In this document: one piece after another, positions 11,681 through 21,872 of the stretch
How the letters are laid out: every line of letters starts with the position of its first letter
How positions within the stretch are numbered: position 1 is the stretch's first letter
NCBI GenBank assembly: GCA_963806535.1
Contig: CAWDYC010000002.1
Location: 1 to 48,348 of the forward strand
Length of the DNA: 48,348 nt
DNA from: Candidatus Bathyarchaeota archaeon
GTDB taxonomy: Archaea > Thermoproteota > Bathyarchaeia > Bathyarchaeales > Bathycorpusculaceae
Direction: 5' to 3'
Position numbers and translations under genes: made by a program
The notes under the pieces: model-generated
Databases searched by the model: none
Told to the model about the DNA's origin: nothing
The model's input: the letters and a program-made list of their open reading frames with translations, nothing else

Positions 11681-12530
11681 GTGTTTCCAAAGGTTCCTGA
11701 TCAACACAAAGTTGGTCAACCTTTAATCCCCAACGGTTTAGGCGTACTCTACGTCCTATTCACAACCATCTATCTTTTCATTTCTTTACTTTTTAAAAAT
11801 ACCTAATGCTTCTGCTCCATTCACGCTTGCAGGATGTATTCTTTTTGGCGGTTTCATGGGGTTGCTTGATGATTGGATGGACTTAAAATGGCGATACAAA
11901 GCATTTATGCCTTTAATTGCCGCGTTACCATTAATAGCATTCGCTCAAGAAGCGCATGCAAGAACATCTATAGCTTTTCCGTTCATTGGAACCATACAGT
12001 TCGGTTCAATATACTTCTATGTAATTATTCCTCTGATTGTTATGATAGTTACAAACACTGTTAACATGCTAGGCGGGTTAAACGGCTTAGAAACAATTTG
12101 TCCAGCCATAGTTATAGTGGGGTTAATGGCCGTATCACCACAGTATGTTCTGATGATCGGACCTCTATTATTCTGGCTAGTTCTTGCCTACCTAAATGTT
12201 AATGGCAGAATTTTCGTGGGCAACTCAGGGTCTTTTGCCATAGGTATAACTATCGCCTCATTCGCCGTCATCTCAGACCTGAAATTAAGCCTCCTCGTCA
12301 TGATTTTGCCTTATATCTTCAATTCATCCCTAATACTATTGACAATTTTCTTCACACGCAAAAGAGCCGCCCTACGTTTTGATGGCAAAAAACTGTCTTC
12401 CGACCACAGAAAAAGCTTGGTCACGTTAATTACTTATCATCGACCATTAACAGAGCGCCAAGTAGTCATAATTGTAGCTGGAATAGTTGCACTTTTCACT
12501 TTGCTTGGCGTTCTGATCGAATTTTTATAA
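11681..12530 (+). CDS. aglH: UDP-GlcNAc:dolichyl-phosphate GlcNAc-1-phosphate transferase (AglH/GPT, MraY-like GT4 family), frameshift near 11790
   Basis: VPDQHK near the GTG at 11681, GLLDD, NTVNMLGGLNGLE, IFVGNSGS; directly downstream of aglB. Confidence 0.8.
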
Positions 12531-12535
12531 GCTAA

Positions 12536-15244
12536 CTAAGTAAGAAATCTTTCAAGTTTCGTTAGTCCGATAATTTCGTCGAAACTTAAGCCTAACGCAT
12601 CCAACACTTGATCGAAGGTGGCATGCAAATAAGCAATGTATTTGTCAACATCAACTTCATTTCTTGAAGTCAACTCAACAGGTTTTACGTGTGGCTCCCT
12701 GATTACTTTAACAAAACTAATCAAATCGCCTGAATGAAGCTCTTTTCCGCTTTCCTGCAGAATTCTAGCAGCTTTCACATGTTGAGGCGTAGTTTTTGTG
12801 TAACTAGAAAGTTCATCGCCTAAAGCTACATGGAAAGCAAGCTCGCTAATATCGGCCCATTCGCGTCGTTTTAGTCTAGTGTAACGTTCTTGAATGATTT
12901 TGGCAATTTCCTTTCTTGCATTTTCGAAATCAGATGGAGATTTAACTCTTGCAAGGCTGTCTTTCATTTTGTTAAAGGCTTCTTTTATGAAGATTGGAAT
13001 ATGTTTTTTCTTACCTGTTAAACCTTTCACGTCTACTGTGCCGTCTTCCAGAACGCCAAGGTAATTCTTTTTTCGGGAGCTAAAAACAGCATATCGGTAG
13101 ACTTTGTCAACGTCAATGCCCATATTTAACTCATGTTCAGTGTAGCTGACAACTTCCTCTATTTGTTCTTTAGAGGGGTTTTTGAGGAAAAGGCTGTCCG
13201 TGTCGCCATAGAGAACTTTTATGCCCACTGATTCAGCATGCTTGAGTATTTGGGTAATTGAGTATCTGCCAATTGCTGCTGTTGCTTCAGCTACTGGCGG
13301 ACAATAAAGGTCGAAACTGTCCGCACCGAAGACTCCGTAGCTTGCATTCAAAATTACTTTAAGCGCGCCTTGGGTGGTATTGTACCAGCTTCTAAGTTCT
13401 GGCGGTAACATTTTGTCCTTTGATCGTTGTTTATACCATTTCACACGCAAATCTCGTAATGAACCAATCAGCAAACTCTCTAGTGCACGCTTTTCAGTAC
13501 ACACCCAATGCTGAGTGTCTGGGATTGTGTGGACTCTGCATCCATGATGTTGACAATCAATTGACTGGTAGCCGAGGTTCCAGACTTTGATGATAGATGG
13601 GTATAGGCTCGGGAAGTCCATGACGGCGACGTTGAAATGGACGCCAGGTGTTGGTTCGACTACTATGGCGCCTTTGTATTTTTTGCCTTTTATTACGGCG
13701 GTAGTAGATGTTTTCCCTTTTTTTGTTAAAATGTCTTCAGCGTTTGGTATGAGCATGTTTCTTTTTCGGTGTTCACGATGCATGAAGTTGCGGATCCAGC
13801 GGCTTACGCCTTGGCGACTTACGTCTTCCATGGGCATACTGCTAATTCTTGCTAGCACAAGCATCAGTTTCATTGCTGAATCATTATCAAAACTAGTTAG
13901 TTTGTAAGTAATTTCCGAGTCCCGAAGGCAATAGGCAGCAAGCTCAGAATATGTGAGGTCTCCAAATGCTTTGTCTAAACGAATTTTTTCGACGCCTATA
14001 AGTGCATTGCCTACGTCGTCAAGGCTTACGTCTTTGTAACGACCGCCATAAGCATAGATTTGCACTGACCTGTTGAAGAAAAACTTGTACAAGTCAATGT
14101 GAACGCCGTATTTTAGAAGGCAGACCCGTTTGCCAACCTCTATTGGAATTTCGTTTCTTCTAAAGCCCAGATTCATTGCTCGGTGGGTTAGATAGCGTAG
14201 GTCAAAGTCGTCTCCATTGAAAGTTAAGATAAACGGGTACTCCGAGAGCACAGCAAAAGTTTTCTTAAGTAGGTCTTCTTCCGTTTCGTAGTATTCTACA
14301 TCTATGTCTGCTGCTAGATGCTGATTGCCTTCTCGCAAACCTTCGCGCTTGAGAATTAACACTTTCTTTTCGTCGTCTGAACTGTAAACCGACACTGCAA
14401 TTACTGGGCAAGCTCCTTCTCGAGCGTCAGGCATTCTTGTGGAAAGCGGTGAATAAACCTCTATATCTATGGCAGCTCTGCGAAACTTCGGTGCTGGATA
14501 TTCTAGTAGCTTTGCCCACATTTCGGCGAAATCTCGTTCTTCATTGGTGCAGTCGTTGAAAAGAGTTTTAATTTTGTTCAAGTTTTCTGTGGCTTCTTCA
14601 AGCACTTTTGGAATTAAATTGCCGTCTCTAACCTCGTAAATCATACCAGGCAAAAGTTGGCGGTCATAGATGTATGATTGATAGTATTTTATTTTTGACT
14701 CCCAAACTTTAGTATCGCTATCCTGTATTCTGCATCCGCAAACATTTGGGTAATCCTCAGGGATTATGTCTCTAATAGTGCCAGCTGGCCTTCCGCCGAT
14801 TGCAAGAGGATCTTTTGTGATTATTTTGACTAAGTCAATAACTTTGTTTTCCAAAGGGTCAAACTTTTTTATTTTTTCAAAAGCATAGAAACCTTCATGT
14901 TTTACTATTCGATCAAATTTGCCAAGTTCTTCTATTGTCAAATTGGTTAAGCAGTAGGGTTTGTGACCAGTGTTATCATACCAAAAGTATATTTCGCCTG
15001 ATTCAGGCTCATAAAGTTTGATAATTACTTTCTTTTGACGTCCATCATATGAAGCTGAGACAAAGTATGATGGTGGCAGGTTTTCGGGCGCTACCGGCGG
15101 AAAAGTTCGTAGCTTCTTTGGTTTTTTTTCTTCAACTTTAGCTATAGCAGGGATTGACGGGGATAAAGCTGCCGCTTTAGCTTCTACCTTTACGATAGGT
15201 TTAGCTTGTTCACTGATGCAATAATCTAAGAGAGTGCGACCCAT
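12536..15244 (-). CDS. polB1: Family B DNA polymerase, PolB1 type
   Basis: DIE exonuclease motif, TFNGDDFD, DFPSLYPS, KVILNASYG, YGDTDS, KKNY; N-terminal WYDNTGHKPY typical of PolB1. Confidence 0.95.
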   Translation of the reverse strand: MGRTLLDYCISEQAKPIVKVEAKAAALSPSIPAIAKVEEKKPKKLRTFPPVAPENLPPSYFVSASYDGRQKKVIIKLYEPESGEIYFWYDNTGHKPYCLTNLTIEELGKFDRIVKHEGFYAFEKIKKFDPLENKVIDLVKIITKDPLAIGGRPAGTIRDIIPEDYPNVCGCRIQDSDTKVWESKIKYYQSYIYDRQLLPGMIYEVRDGNLIPKVLEEATENLNKIKTLFNDCTNEERDFAEMWAKLLEYPAPKFRRAAIDIEVYSPLSTRMPDAREGACPVIAVSVYSSDDEKKVLILKREGLREGNQHLAADIDVEYYETEEDLLKKTFAVLSEYPFILTFNGDDFDLRYLTHRAMNLGFRRNEIPIEVGKRVCLLKYGVHIDLYKFFFNRSVQIYAYGGRYKDVSLDDVGNALIGVEKIRLDKAFGDLTYSELAAYCLRDSEITYKLTSFDNDSAMKLMLVLARISSMPMEDVSRQGVSRWIRNFMHREHRKRNMLIPNAEDILTKKGKTSTTAVIKGKKYKGAIVVEPTPGVHFNVAVMDFPSLYPSIIKVWNLGYQSIDCQHHGCRVHTIPDTQHWVCTEKRALESLLIGSLRDLRVKWYKQRSKDKMLPPELRSWYNTTQGALKVILNASYGVFGADSFDLYCPPVAEATAAIGRYSITQILKHAESVGIKVLYGDTDSLFLKNPSKEQIEEVVSYTEHELNMGIDVDKVYRYAVFSSRKKNYLGVLEDGTVDVKGLTGKKKHIPIFIKEAFNKMKDSLARVKSPSDFENARKEIAKIIQERYTRLKRREWADISELAFHVALGDELSSYTKTTPQHVKAARILQESGKELHSGDLISFVKVIREPHVKPVELTSRNEVDVDKYIAYLHATFDQVLDALGLSFDEIIGLTKLERFLT

Positions 15245-15550
15245 CCCCGTTTAACCTTAAGCTTCAGTATGGTACATAGAGACTAAAATCTTTGCTTACT
15301 AAAAACCTAAAAATTACAGATATTATTTTACAGCTGAAAACGTCCTCTATAATCAAAAAAACGATCAAAACCACACCTTATACGTTGTTTCTGGTTTTAA
15401 GAAAATAGAGCATGATTTAAGATTTTCATAAATCGACTAACACGCAAAGATAATTCTTAAAGATATGTTGTTTATCCTATGCAATATTTGATTTTACAAT
15501 TTGAATTCTTATTTACAAGCTTCAGCCTCTTCTCTAATGCGTGAAAAATA

Positions 15551-16905
15551 TTGATCAAAGATGCCTGGACAATCGCCATAGAAACCCTAAGTTGGATGGA
15601 CATGCAAAAACTAAGCGAACGCTTAGCCCTAGCAAGAACTGTCAAGCAGCTAAACGCAAAAGATCCAAACGCCATACGCTACGCCTACGGATTAGTGGTT
15701 GAAACAACAAGACGACAGAAATCTCATAGACAAATTCGTCAACACAATAGTGGCGCCCAAAAAAATTAGCGAGTACAATTTAGGCATCCAATCTTTCCTT
15801 CGGCTGTACGTTTACCAAACCCGCGTTACCAAGAACTGGGCAAAAATTAACATTCAAGAAGCATCTCAAATCGCCAGTTTAGGCAGGGCAATTCTCGGAT
15901 GGGAAAATCTCCGTGAAATTGAGCCGTTTTTGGGTTTTCTGCTGACACGCCAACTGAAGCCGATTTTGAAGGCTGCAACCGAGGTGGAGAAGGTTAGTTT
16001 GCAAACTTTTCATCCCTCTTGGTTCGTAAAATACTGTTACAAGACTTATGGGACGAAATGAAGCTATTGCATTCTTGGAGGGAAGCGTTACTCCGCCACC
16101 AACATATATTCGACTCAATACTTTGGCGGCAAAAGAAGAGGAAATCCTCCAAAAACTCGATGTAGAAGGCGTTAAATTAGAAAAGGCCCAGCCTTTGAAA
16201 TACACCTACAAAATCTTAGAAATGAAACAGCCATTAAACACTTTGCTAAGCTATAAAGAGGGCTTATTCTATATTCAAGATAAGGCAAGTTGCTTCGCTG
16301 CGGAGGCTGCGGATCCAAAGCCGGGCAACACGGTTTTTGATGTTTGTGCTGCACCAGGAGCAAAAACTACGTATTTAGCCCAGTTAATGCAGAATAATGG
16401 CTCAATTTACTCAGTGGATTTCTCGAATAGAAGAATGAAAGTGTGGCAAAAAGAGATAGCTCGCATGGGAGTCAAAATTGCTCAGCCAGTGAACGCTGAT
16501 GCATGTGCTGCTTTGCCATTCAATTTGGAAGCTGATTTGGTAATTTTGGACCCGCCATGCACAAGCACCGGTATCTTTGCCAAACAACCCTCAGCCAAAT
16601 GGCGACTCCGTCCTAAATCAGTTGAGAAAATGGCGGCTATCCAGTGGAAAATGATTGACAGTTGCGCAGAGAAAGTTGCCTCAGGCGGCACTTTGACCTA
16701 TTCTACGTGCAGCATAACGATAGAGGAAAACGAAATGATAATTGAGAGGTTCCTAAAAGTACACCCCGAATTCACCTTAACAGGAATAAATCCTGAAATC
16801 GGTTTGCCTGGACTGCGAGAACTAACCAAATGCCAAAGGCTATACCCACACCTTCACCAATCCAACGGCTTCTTCATAGCAAAGCTCCGAAAAAATGCCG
16901 CATAA
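15551..16905 (+). CDS. RsmB/NOP2/NSUN RNA m5C methyltransferase, two frameshifts
   Basis: YIQDKAS, DVCAAPGAKT, DPPCTSTG, YSTCS, NGFFIAKL; the NusB-like N-terminal part lies in two earlier frames. Confidence 0.9.
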
Positions 16906-16912
16906 ACACCAC

Positions 16913-17098
16913 TTATTCTTCTTCAAATATGAAAACGTCTTCAATATTAGAGCCCAAAGCTTTCGCAACATCATGAGCTAACTTAAGCGAAGGGTTATAC
17001 TTGCCCTTCTCCAAGAAAAGTATCGTTTCTCTCCGCACACCTACCTTTTGCGCCAGTTGCTCTTGTGTAATATGATTTTTTTCTCTCAAGTCTTTCAT
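16913..17098 (-). CDS. XRE-family helix-turn-helix transcriptional regulator
   Basis: [31 protein letters not shown]. Confidence 0.9.
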   Translation of the reverse strand: MKDLREKNHITQEQLAQKVGVRRETILFLEKGKYNPSLKLAHDVAKALGSNIEDVFIFEEE

Positions 17099-17119
17099 TT
17101 TGGTCTTAAACGGGATGTC

Positions 17120-17467
17120 TCAGTCCCCTCTTAAATCATAGTAAACAAATGACAACGCAAAGCTCAACAAAGCCGCAATAGGTATGGCAAGACAAACCAA
17201 TAGGAAATTATCGTTAGCTCTTAAAAACGCAATATTAAGCAGAGAAGGGATAAGGAAAACATAGAAAGCGTTCCTTGAGGCTTGAGTGACATTTTTGCCC
17301 CATCGCTCATCACTTAAAATTGTGCCTTCGTTGGTTGTTGGTCTAGCGTATGCGAAAAAGAAGAAGAGCATAAAGAGCATATACAAATACTGAAGTCCGG
17401 GCATAAAACCTAAGAACCCTGTGAATCCAAAAAAGCCAAAGCATCTTTGATTAAGAGTAATTTTCAT
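17120..17467 (-). CDS. Small membrane protein (DUF3796/DUF2178-like)
   Basis: FGFFGFTGFLGF repeat and DER...A..NAF motif; adjacent to the XRE regulator. Confidence 0.65.
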   Translation of the reverse strand: MKITLNQRCFGFFGFTGFLGFMPGLQYLYMLFMLFFFFAYARPTTNEGTILSDERWGKNVTQASRNAFYVFLIPSLLNIAFLRANDNFLLVCLAIPIAALLSFALSFVYYDLRGD

Positions 17468-17474
17468 TTGTTTT

Positions 17475-17762
17475 TTACACCCGAATTACGCCGATAATTG
17501 CAAGTGGAGCCGCGATTAAGCCTATTAATCCTAAGAGGCCCAGCCACTTAAGTTCGTCTTTCCATTGTCTGAACTCGGAAAAAATAATGAAAAAACAGAA
17601 TAGAAAAAGGTACCATGGGTTATGGTATTCGAATGCTCGGAAAGCTTCAAACCCGATAAAACCGAAAAAGCCTGGAAAGCCAGATAATGCTTTTCTTATT
17701 CCTTGCTTTCCATATTGGCTTGAATTTTGTAACAAGATCTTAACATGACTGATTCTTAGCAT
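17475..17762 (-). CDS. Small membrane protein (DUF3796-like)
   Basis: GFPGFFGFIGF and LGLLGLIGL glycine-zipper-like helices. Confidence 0.55.
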   Translation of the reverse strand: MLRISHVKILLQNSSQYGKQGIRKALSGFPGFFGFIGFEAFRAFEYHNPWYLFLFCFFIIFSEFRQWKDELKWLGLLGLIGLIAAPLAIIGVIRV

Positions 17763-17777
17763 AAACGACCCTTCAAT

Positions 17778-17825
17778 GTTAAATATTTCTAACGTTATAT
17801 ATTTCTAACTATAAATATAAGCTTT
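17778..17825 (-). promoter_or_regulatory. Tandem palindromic operator plus TATA/BRE for the DUF3796-XRE operon
   Basis: GTTAAATATTTCTAAC-GTTATATATTTCTAAC (17778-17809), abutting minus-strand AAAGC-TTATATTTATA. Confidence 0.65.
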
Positions 17826-17922
17826 ACCCAAAAGACGCAAGATTTCTAAAATTTGCCCAAACATTTTTTTACAAATAAGAACGTCAAGGCATGATAACAG
17901 TATTTGATTTTTTAAGTCGATT

Positions 17923-18501
17923 CTAAGAAGTTCCAAAATCTCCAAGCGTTCTCTGAGGCGTTTCCTTCGAATATAACGGGTAAGTAATTTGATTCCCCTC
18001 CACATGAGCCATCTCATTAAGCTCATGGTTAAGGCAACTGGTTGCACTAATAATATGCTGAACTTTAACATGCCGCACAACGAGCGCGTCAGAAATGAGG
18101 CTTCTATGGCACCTCCACGGCAAGGCTTCAGCACACATTAATGCCAAACAATTTTCCCTTGCAAGCGCGACGATTTTTAGCAGGTTGTCTGTAAACTCTT
18201 GGGTTTGCATGAAATCTGCATAGCCTCGGAAACTGCTGTTTCGCCATGCCAGATTTACAGAGTCACGTTTTGGATGACGTAAGCCGCCGATGTCTGGCAT
18301 GTGAATGTATTTTATTCCATAAGGTTTGAGAGTGTTTGGCAGGGTTTCTTTGTTAAATTGTGGGTTATGTCTGCTTCGGGGGACTGTGCGCACATCCACA
18401 AGCGTGGTGACACCGTAAGTTTTGAGCAACTCAACAAACTCCTCCGGCGTTCTAGTAGAATGCCCAATCGTAAAGATTGTTAATTGTGGTTCCTTAACCA
18501 A
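17923..18501 (-). CDS. DUF488 family protein
   Basis: TIGHSTR, VDVRTVPRSR, GGLR, LMCAEALPWRCHRSLI. Confidence 0.88.
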   Translation of the reverse strand: MVKEPQLTIFTIGHSTRTPEEFVELLKTYGVTTLVDVRTVPRSRHNPQFNKETLPNTLKPYGIKYIHMPDIGGLRHPKRDSVNLAWRNSSFRGYADFMQTQEFTDNLLKIVALARENCLALMCAEALPWRCHRSLISDALVVRHVKVQHIISATSCLNHELNEMAHVEGNQITYPLYSKETPQRTLGDFGTS

Positions 18502-18591
18502 ACAGGTCCTTCAGGAGAGTTAATGCGGATATATAATATAAGATTTCAACACATCTTGTACCGAGGCTCAAGTGCGCTTATCTAAGCATTT

Positions 18592-18722
18592 AGGAAGAGT
18601 CAAAAAGAGTCAATTATAGTCCTATTTAGTCATAAAGAGTCTAAATCCGTCAAATATAGTCGCAACCTGCAAACGCCTCAAATTCTGAAACAAAAAAGCA
18701 ACCTAAAACACAAACAACAAAA
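18592..18722 (+). repeat. Phased 10-bp array (7 units ending GTC) plus conserved 61-bp core, copy A
   Basis: aggaagaGTC aaaaagaGTC aattataGTC ctatttaGTC ataaagaGTC taaatccGTC aaatataGTC, then GCAACCTGCAAAC-N17-AAAAAAGCAACCTAAA. Confidence 0.85.
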
Positions 18723-18797
18723 TTTAACCATACAGTGAATCAGAACAAACTACCCTAACTAAGAGAGTAATTCCCACCTTTTCGAATTGTTTCTTAG

Positions 18798-18971
18798 CTA
18801 TCTACGTTTAGGTAGCGGTATCACTTCAACATCTAAAGGCAACAGCGAAAGTTTTCTGCTACATTTTGGACATTTTCCACCGTTTTGAGAAATAACTTCA
18901 TCCGGCGGCCTAAGTTCAGAGCCTTCATACAAAATGTGATTGCATCCTTGACAAATAACACGTTGCGGCAT
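18798..18971 (-). CDS. Small zinc-ribbon protein, 57 aa (not in the ORF track)
   Basis: MPQRVICQGCNHILYEGSELRPPDEVISQNGGKCPKCSRKLSLLPLDVEVIPLPKRR*, with two CxxC motifs. Confidence 0.8.
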   Translation of the reverse strand: MPQRVICQGCNHILYEGSELRPPDEVISQNGGKCPKCSRKLSLLPLDVEVIPLPKRR

Positions 18972-19098
18972 CCAAATCCCCGTCTAAATACATGATGTGG
19001 GCTATTTATTGGTTGCTAAAATAATTAGTCTTCAAACAGAGCTTGGTTGCCAAGATACAAGATCTGAAAAGCTTATTTTTATAGAACGATAACTTGGA

Positions 19099-21198
19099 AT
19101 GCTTAAGCGTGGTCTAATTGCCTTGGGAAAATACAGGTTAATTATAACTGAAAAACCTGATGCCGCACAAAGAATAGCCATGGCTTTAGACATCGAAGGA
19201 AACGCCAAAAAAACAATCGACAGCGGCGTACCTTACTATCGAGCATATAGAAACGGCGACATAATTGTTGTACCTGCTCTAGGACATCTATACGCTGTTG
19301 CAGGTAAAGAAAAAACAAAGCGAGATTACCCGGTTTTTAATTATCAATGGGTTCCAAGATATTTAGCTGAGCGAGGGGCATCAAAGATTCGTGTTTGGCT
19401 TAAAGTAATCGCTAATTTAGCGAGCAATGCTGACGACTTCGTGGATGCCTGCGACTTTGATATTGAAGGTAGCATCATAGGATACAGCATTCTCAAGTAT
19501 GCGTGCGGTGGCAAAGAAGAAAATGCAAAGCGTATGAGGTATTCTACGCTTACGCAGGAGGAACTCCAAGAATCCTATTCTTACTTACTGCCTCATTTGG
19601 ATTTTTCACTAGTTGAAGCTGGATTAACGCGGCATGAAGTTGATTGGCTTTATGGCATCAACCTGTCCCGAGCTCTAACAACTGCTGTAAAAAACTGCAG
19701 CGGCCAATATGCCACAATAAGCACGGGCAGAGTGCAGGGACCTACCCTAAAATTTCTGGAAGAACGGGAAAAAACCATAAAATGCTTCGTGCCTACTCCC
19801 TACTGGGTTATAACTGCAAAAATAAACATAAACGATACGCCTTACGTAGTGGATTATGAAAGAATCATCAATAACAAACTAGAAGCAAAGCAGATAGTTG
19901 ATGCTTGCAAATCCAAAGAAGGTCAAATAGAAAAAGTAACGGTTGAGGAGTTTGAGCAGAATCCTCCGTTGCCCTTTGACCTAGGCACATTGCAAAGTGA
20001 AGCCTACAAAGTCTTCCATTATACGCCAATGCGTACTTCAAAAGTTGCTCAACACCTTTACTTGAGTGCATTGATTTCTTATCCAAGAACAAACAGCCAA
20101 AAACTTCCGCCAGCAATCGGCTATAAAACCATACTTAAAAAACTGAGCAAGATGCCCGATTTTGCTCAATCTGCGTTAACGCTGCTTTCTAAATCTACAT
20201 TGAAGCCACATGAAGGACAAAAAACTGATTCAGCACACCCAGCGATTTACCCAACTGGAAATTTGCCAGAAAAAACCCTCAAAGAGGAAGAAAGAAACAT
20301 TTTTGATCTTATTGTTCGTAGATTCATGGCTGTATTCGCTGAACCTGCAATCCGTCAAAGTATTAGAGCCTTAATAGGTATTAACGGGCATCTTTTTGAG
20401 TTAACTGGAATTAGAACGTTGAGCGAAGGATGGCTCAGATTTTATAAACCGTATGCTCAGCTGAAAGATATAGTTCTGCCGTCATTAGTTGAACATCAAA
20501 AAATCGATGTAAAGAGAGTTTCTCTTAAGGAAAATCATACAAAACCGCCTGCACGGTATAATCCTAGGACTTTACTATTAAAGATGGAAAAAGAGGAAAT
20601 AGGAACAAAAGCAACAAGAGCCTCAACAATTCAAACATTGTACGACCGAAAATACCTCCATGGAATTGATAGACTTTTTGTTTCTGATCTCGGGTTTGAA
20701 GTCATAGAAATATTATCACAGTATTGTCCAACAGTTGTTTCTCCAGAATTAACTCGAAAATTAGAGGCGAAGATGCAAGAAATCCAGAATGGACAACAAA
20801 CAAAAGCTACTGTGCTGCAAGAAGCTATAGAAATTCTGAAGCCAGTCACATCAGAACTTAAGGAAAAAGAATCAATTATCGGAAAACAATTAAATCAGGC
20901 AATAAGACAGGCATGGCTAGACGAAAAAGCGGTCGGTCGATGCCCAAAATGCTTTGATGGGCAACTAACGATTTTACGTTCTAAAAAAACTGGAAAACGC
21001 TTTGTGGGCTGCACAAACTATTTTGAAAAAAAATGCGATGCTATCTTTCCACTTCCACAATTTGGAACAGTTAAGCCATTGGCTAAAGCTTGTGAAATTT
21101 GCGGTTGCCCGATAGTGTATATTTTAATTAAAGGAAAAAAGCCTTGGAAATTATGCTTGAATCCTAAGTGTTCATCGAAAGGAGCGAGAAAGCAGTGA
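19099..21198 (+). CDS. topA: Type IA DNA topoisomerase with C-terminal Zn ribbons
   Basis: IITEKP TOPRIM motif, DACDFDIEG, GRVQGPTL, ISYPRT active-site Tyr, GTKATR, FVGCTNY. Confidence 0.95.
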   Translation: MLKRGLIALGKYRLIITEKPDAAQRIAMALDIEGNAKKTIDSGVPYYRAYRNGDIIVVPALGHLYAVAGKEKTKRDYPVFNYQWVPRYLAERGASKIRVWLKVIANLASNADDFVDACDFDIEGSIIGYSILKYACGGKEENAKRMRYSTLTQEELQESYSYLLPHLDFSLVEAGLTRHEVDWLYGINLSRALTTAVKNCSGQYATISTGRVQGPTLKFLEEREKTIKCFVPTPYWVITAKININDTPYVVDYERIINNKLEAKQIVDACKSKEGQIEKVTVEEFEQNPPLPFDLGTLQSEAYKVFHYTPMRTSKVAQHLYLSALISYPRTNSQKLPPAIGYKTILKKLSKMPDFAQSALTLLSKSTLKPHEGQKTDSAHPAIYPTGNLPEKTLKEEERNIFDLIVRRFMAVFAEPAIRQSIRALIGINGHLFELTGIRTLSEGWLRFYKPYAQLKDIVLPSLVEHQKIDVKRVSLKENHTKPPARYNPRTLLLKMEKEEIGTKATRASTIQTLYDRKYLHGIDRLFVSDLGFEVIEILSQYCPTVVSPELTRKLEAKMQEIQNGQQTKATVLQEAIEILKPVTSELKEKESIIGKQLNQAIRQAWLDEKAVGRCPKCFDGQLTILRSKKTGKRFVGCTNYFEKKCDAIFPLPQFGTVKPLAKACEICGCPIVYILIKGKKPWKLCLNPKCSSKGARKQ

Positions 21199-21419
21199 AA
21201 TGCAAAATTTGCTGTAGAGATGTTCAGGAAAACGAATTTTGTAATTTGCATCTGGAAGCTTACAAGAACATTGTAGCTAAATTCGATGTATGGACGAGAG
21301 CTTCAGGCATTATTTGGAGCGAATATTTGGTTGTGATTCAGAAAAATTCATTAACAGGAGTATGGGCTAAAGAAGTAGCAAAGCATCTAATTGAGGAAGG
21401 GAATCAAAATGTCAAGTAA
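21195..21419 (+). CDS. Small Cys/His-containing hypothetical protein
   Basis: GTG overlapping the topA stop; MKCKIC...FCNLH...TGVWAKEV. Confidence 0.65.
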   Translation: MKCKICCRDVQENEFCNLHLEAYKNIVAKFDVWTRASGIIWSEYLVVIQKNSLTGVWAKEVAKHLIEEGNQNVK

Positions 21420-21834
21420 AGTTAAGAAAGATTCATCGTCTCTGTCATTTTCGCTGAGCAGGTGGTTCAGAAGAATCTCAACAGGAACACCCACATTGGC
21501 AGTAGCCACTATTGTTGGACTTGCATATTCTGTATTCATCTTTGGCGGTGGCTTGTTTACTCTTATTAATCATCCTTCTCCTTCAGCTTACTATAATGGA
21601 AGATTTTACTTTCTCTATCCAAGTCTAAGTTCACAATTTATTTCAGATACCGCGATCTCAGTAATTTTGTACGCCCTTGGCTTTGTCGGTCTACTTATGG
21701 TCTACCAAAGTTCAAAGAGCGCTTACAAACCAAGGCAAGCATATATGATGTTAGTCATAGGCGTAACATTTCTGCTAATATCATACATATTCTTAGAAGG
21801 CGCAATCTCCTTCAAAGCAAACGGCGGACAATAA
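21409..21834 (+). CDS. Three-TM protein resembling the OSTC/DC2 - OST3/OST6 TM domain
   Basis: FGGGLFTLINHP...FLYPSLSSQFISD...LYALGFVGLLM...MLVIGVTFLLISY follows the OST3/6-DC2 helix and loop pattern as recalled. Confidence 0.6.
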   Translation: MSSKVKKDSSSLSFSLSRWFRRISTGTPTLAVATIVGLAYSVFIFGGGLFTLINHPSPSAYYNGRFYFLYPSLSSQFISDTAISVILYALGFVGLLMVYQSSKSAYKPRQAYMMLVIGVTFLLISYIFLEGAISFKANGGQ

Positions 21835-21872
21835 TCCACTTCTTTTCATTTTTCAAAATTTTGTTGCCAACA

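Noticed and set aside
15245-15550. AT-rich spacer beside polB1 as a replication origin
   Set aside because: No ORB boxes or G-strings visible and no cdc6 nearby; consistent with divergent promoters.
18592-18722. CRISPR array interpretation of the periodic repeats
   Set aside because: Period is 10 bp with only 3-4 fixed bases; there are no 24-47 bp repeats with unique spacers and no cas genes.
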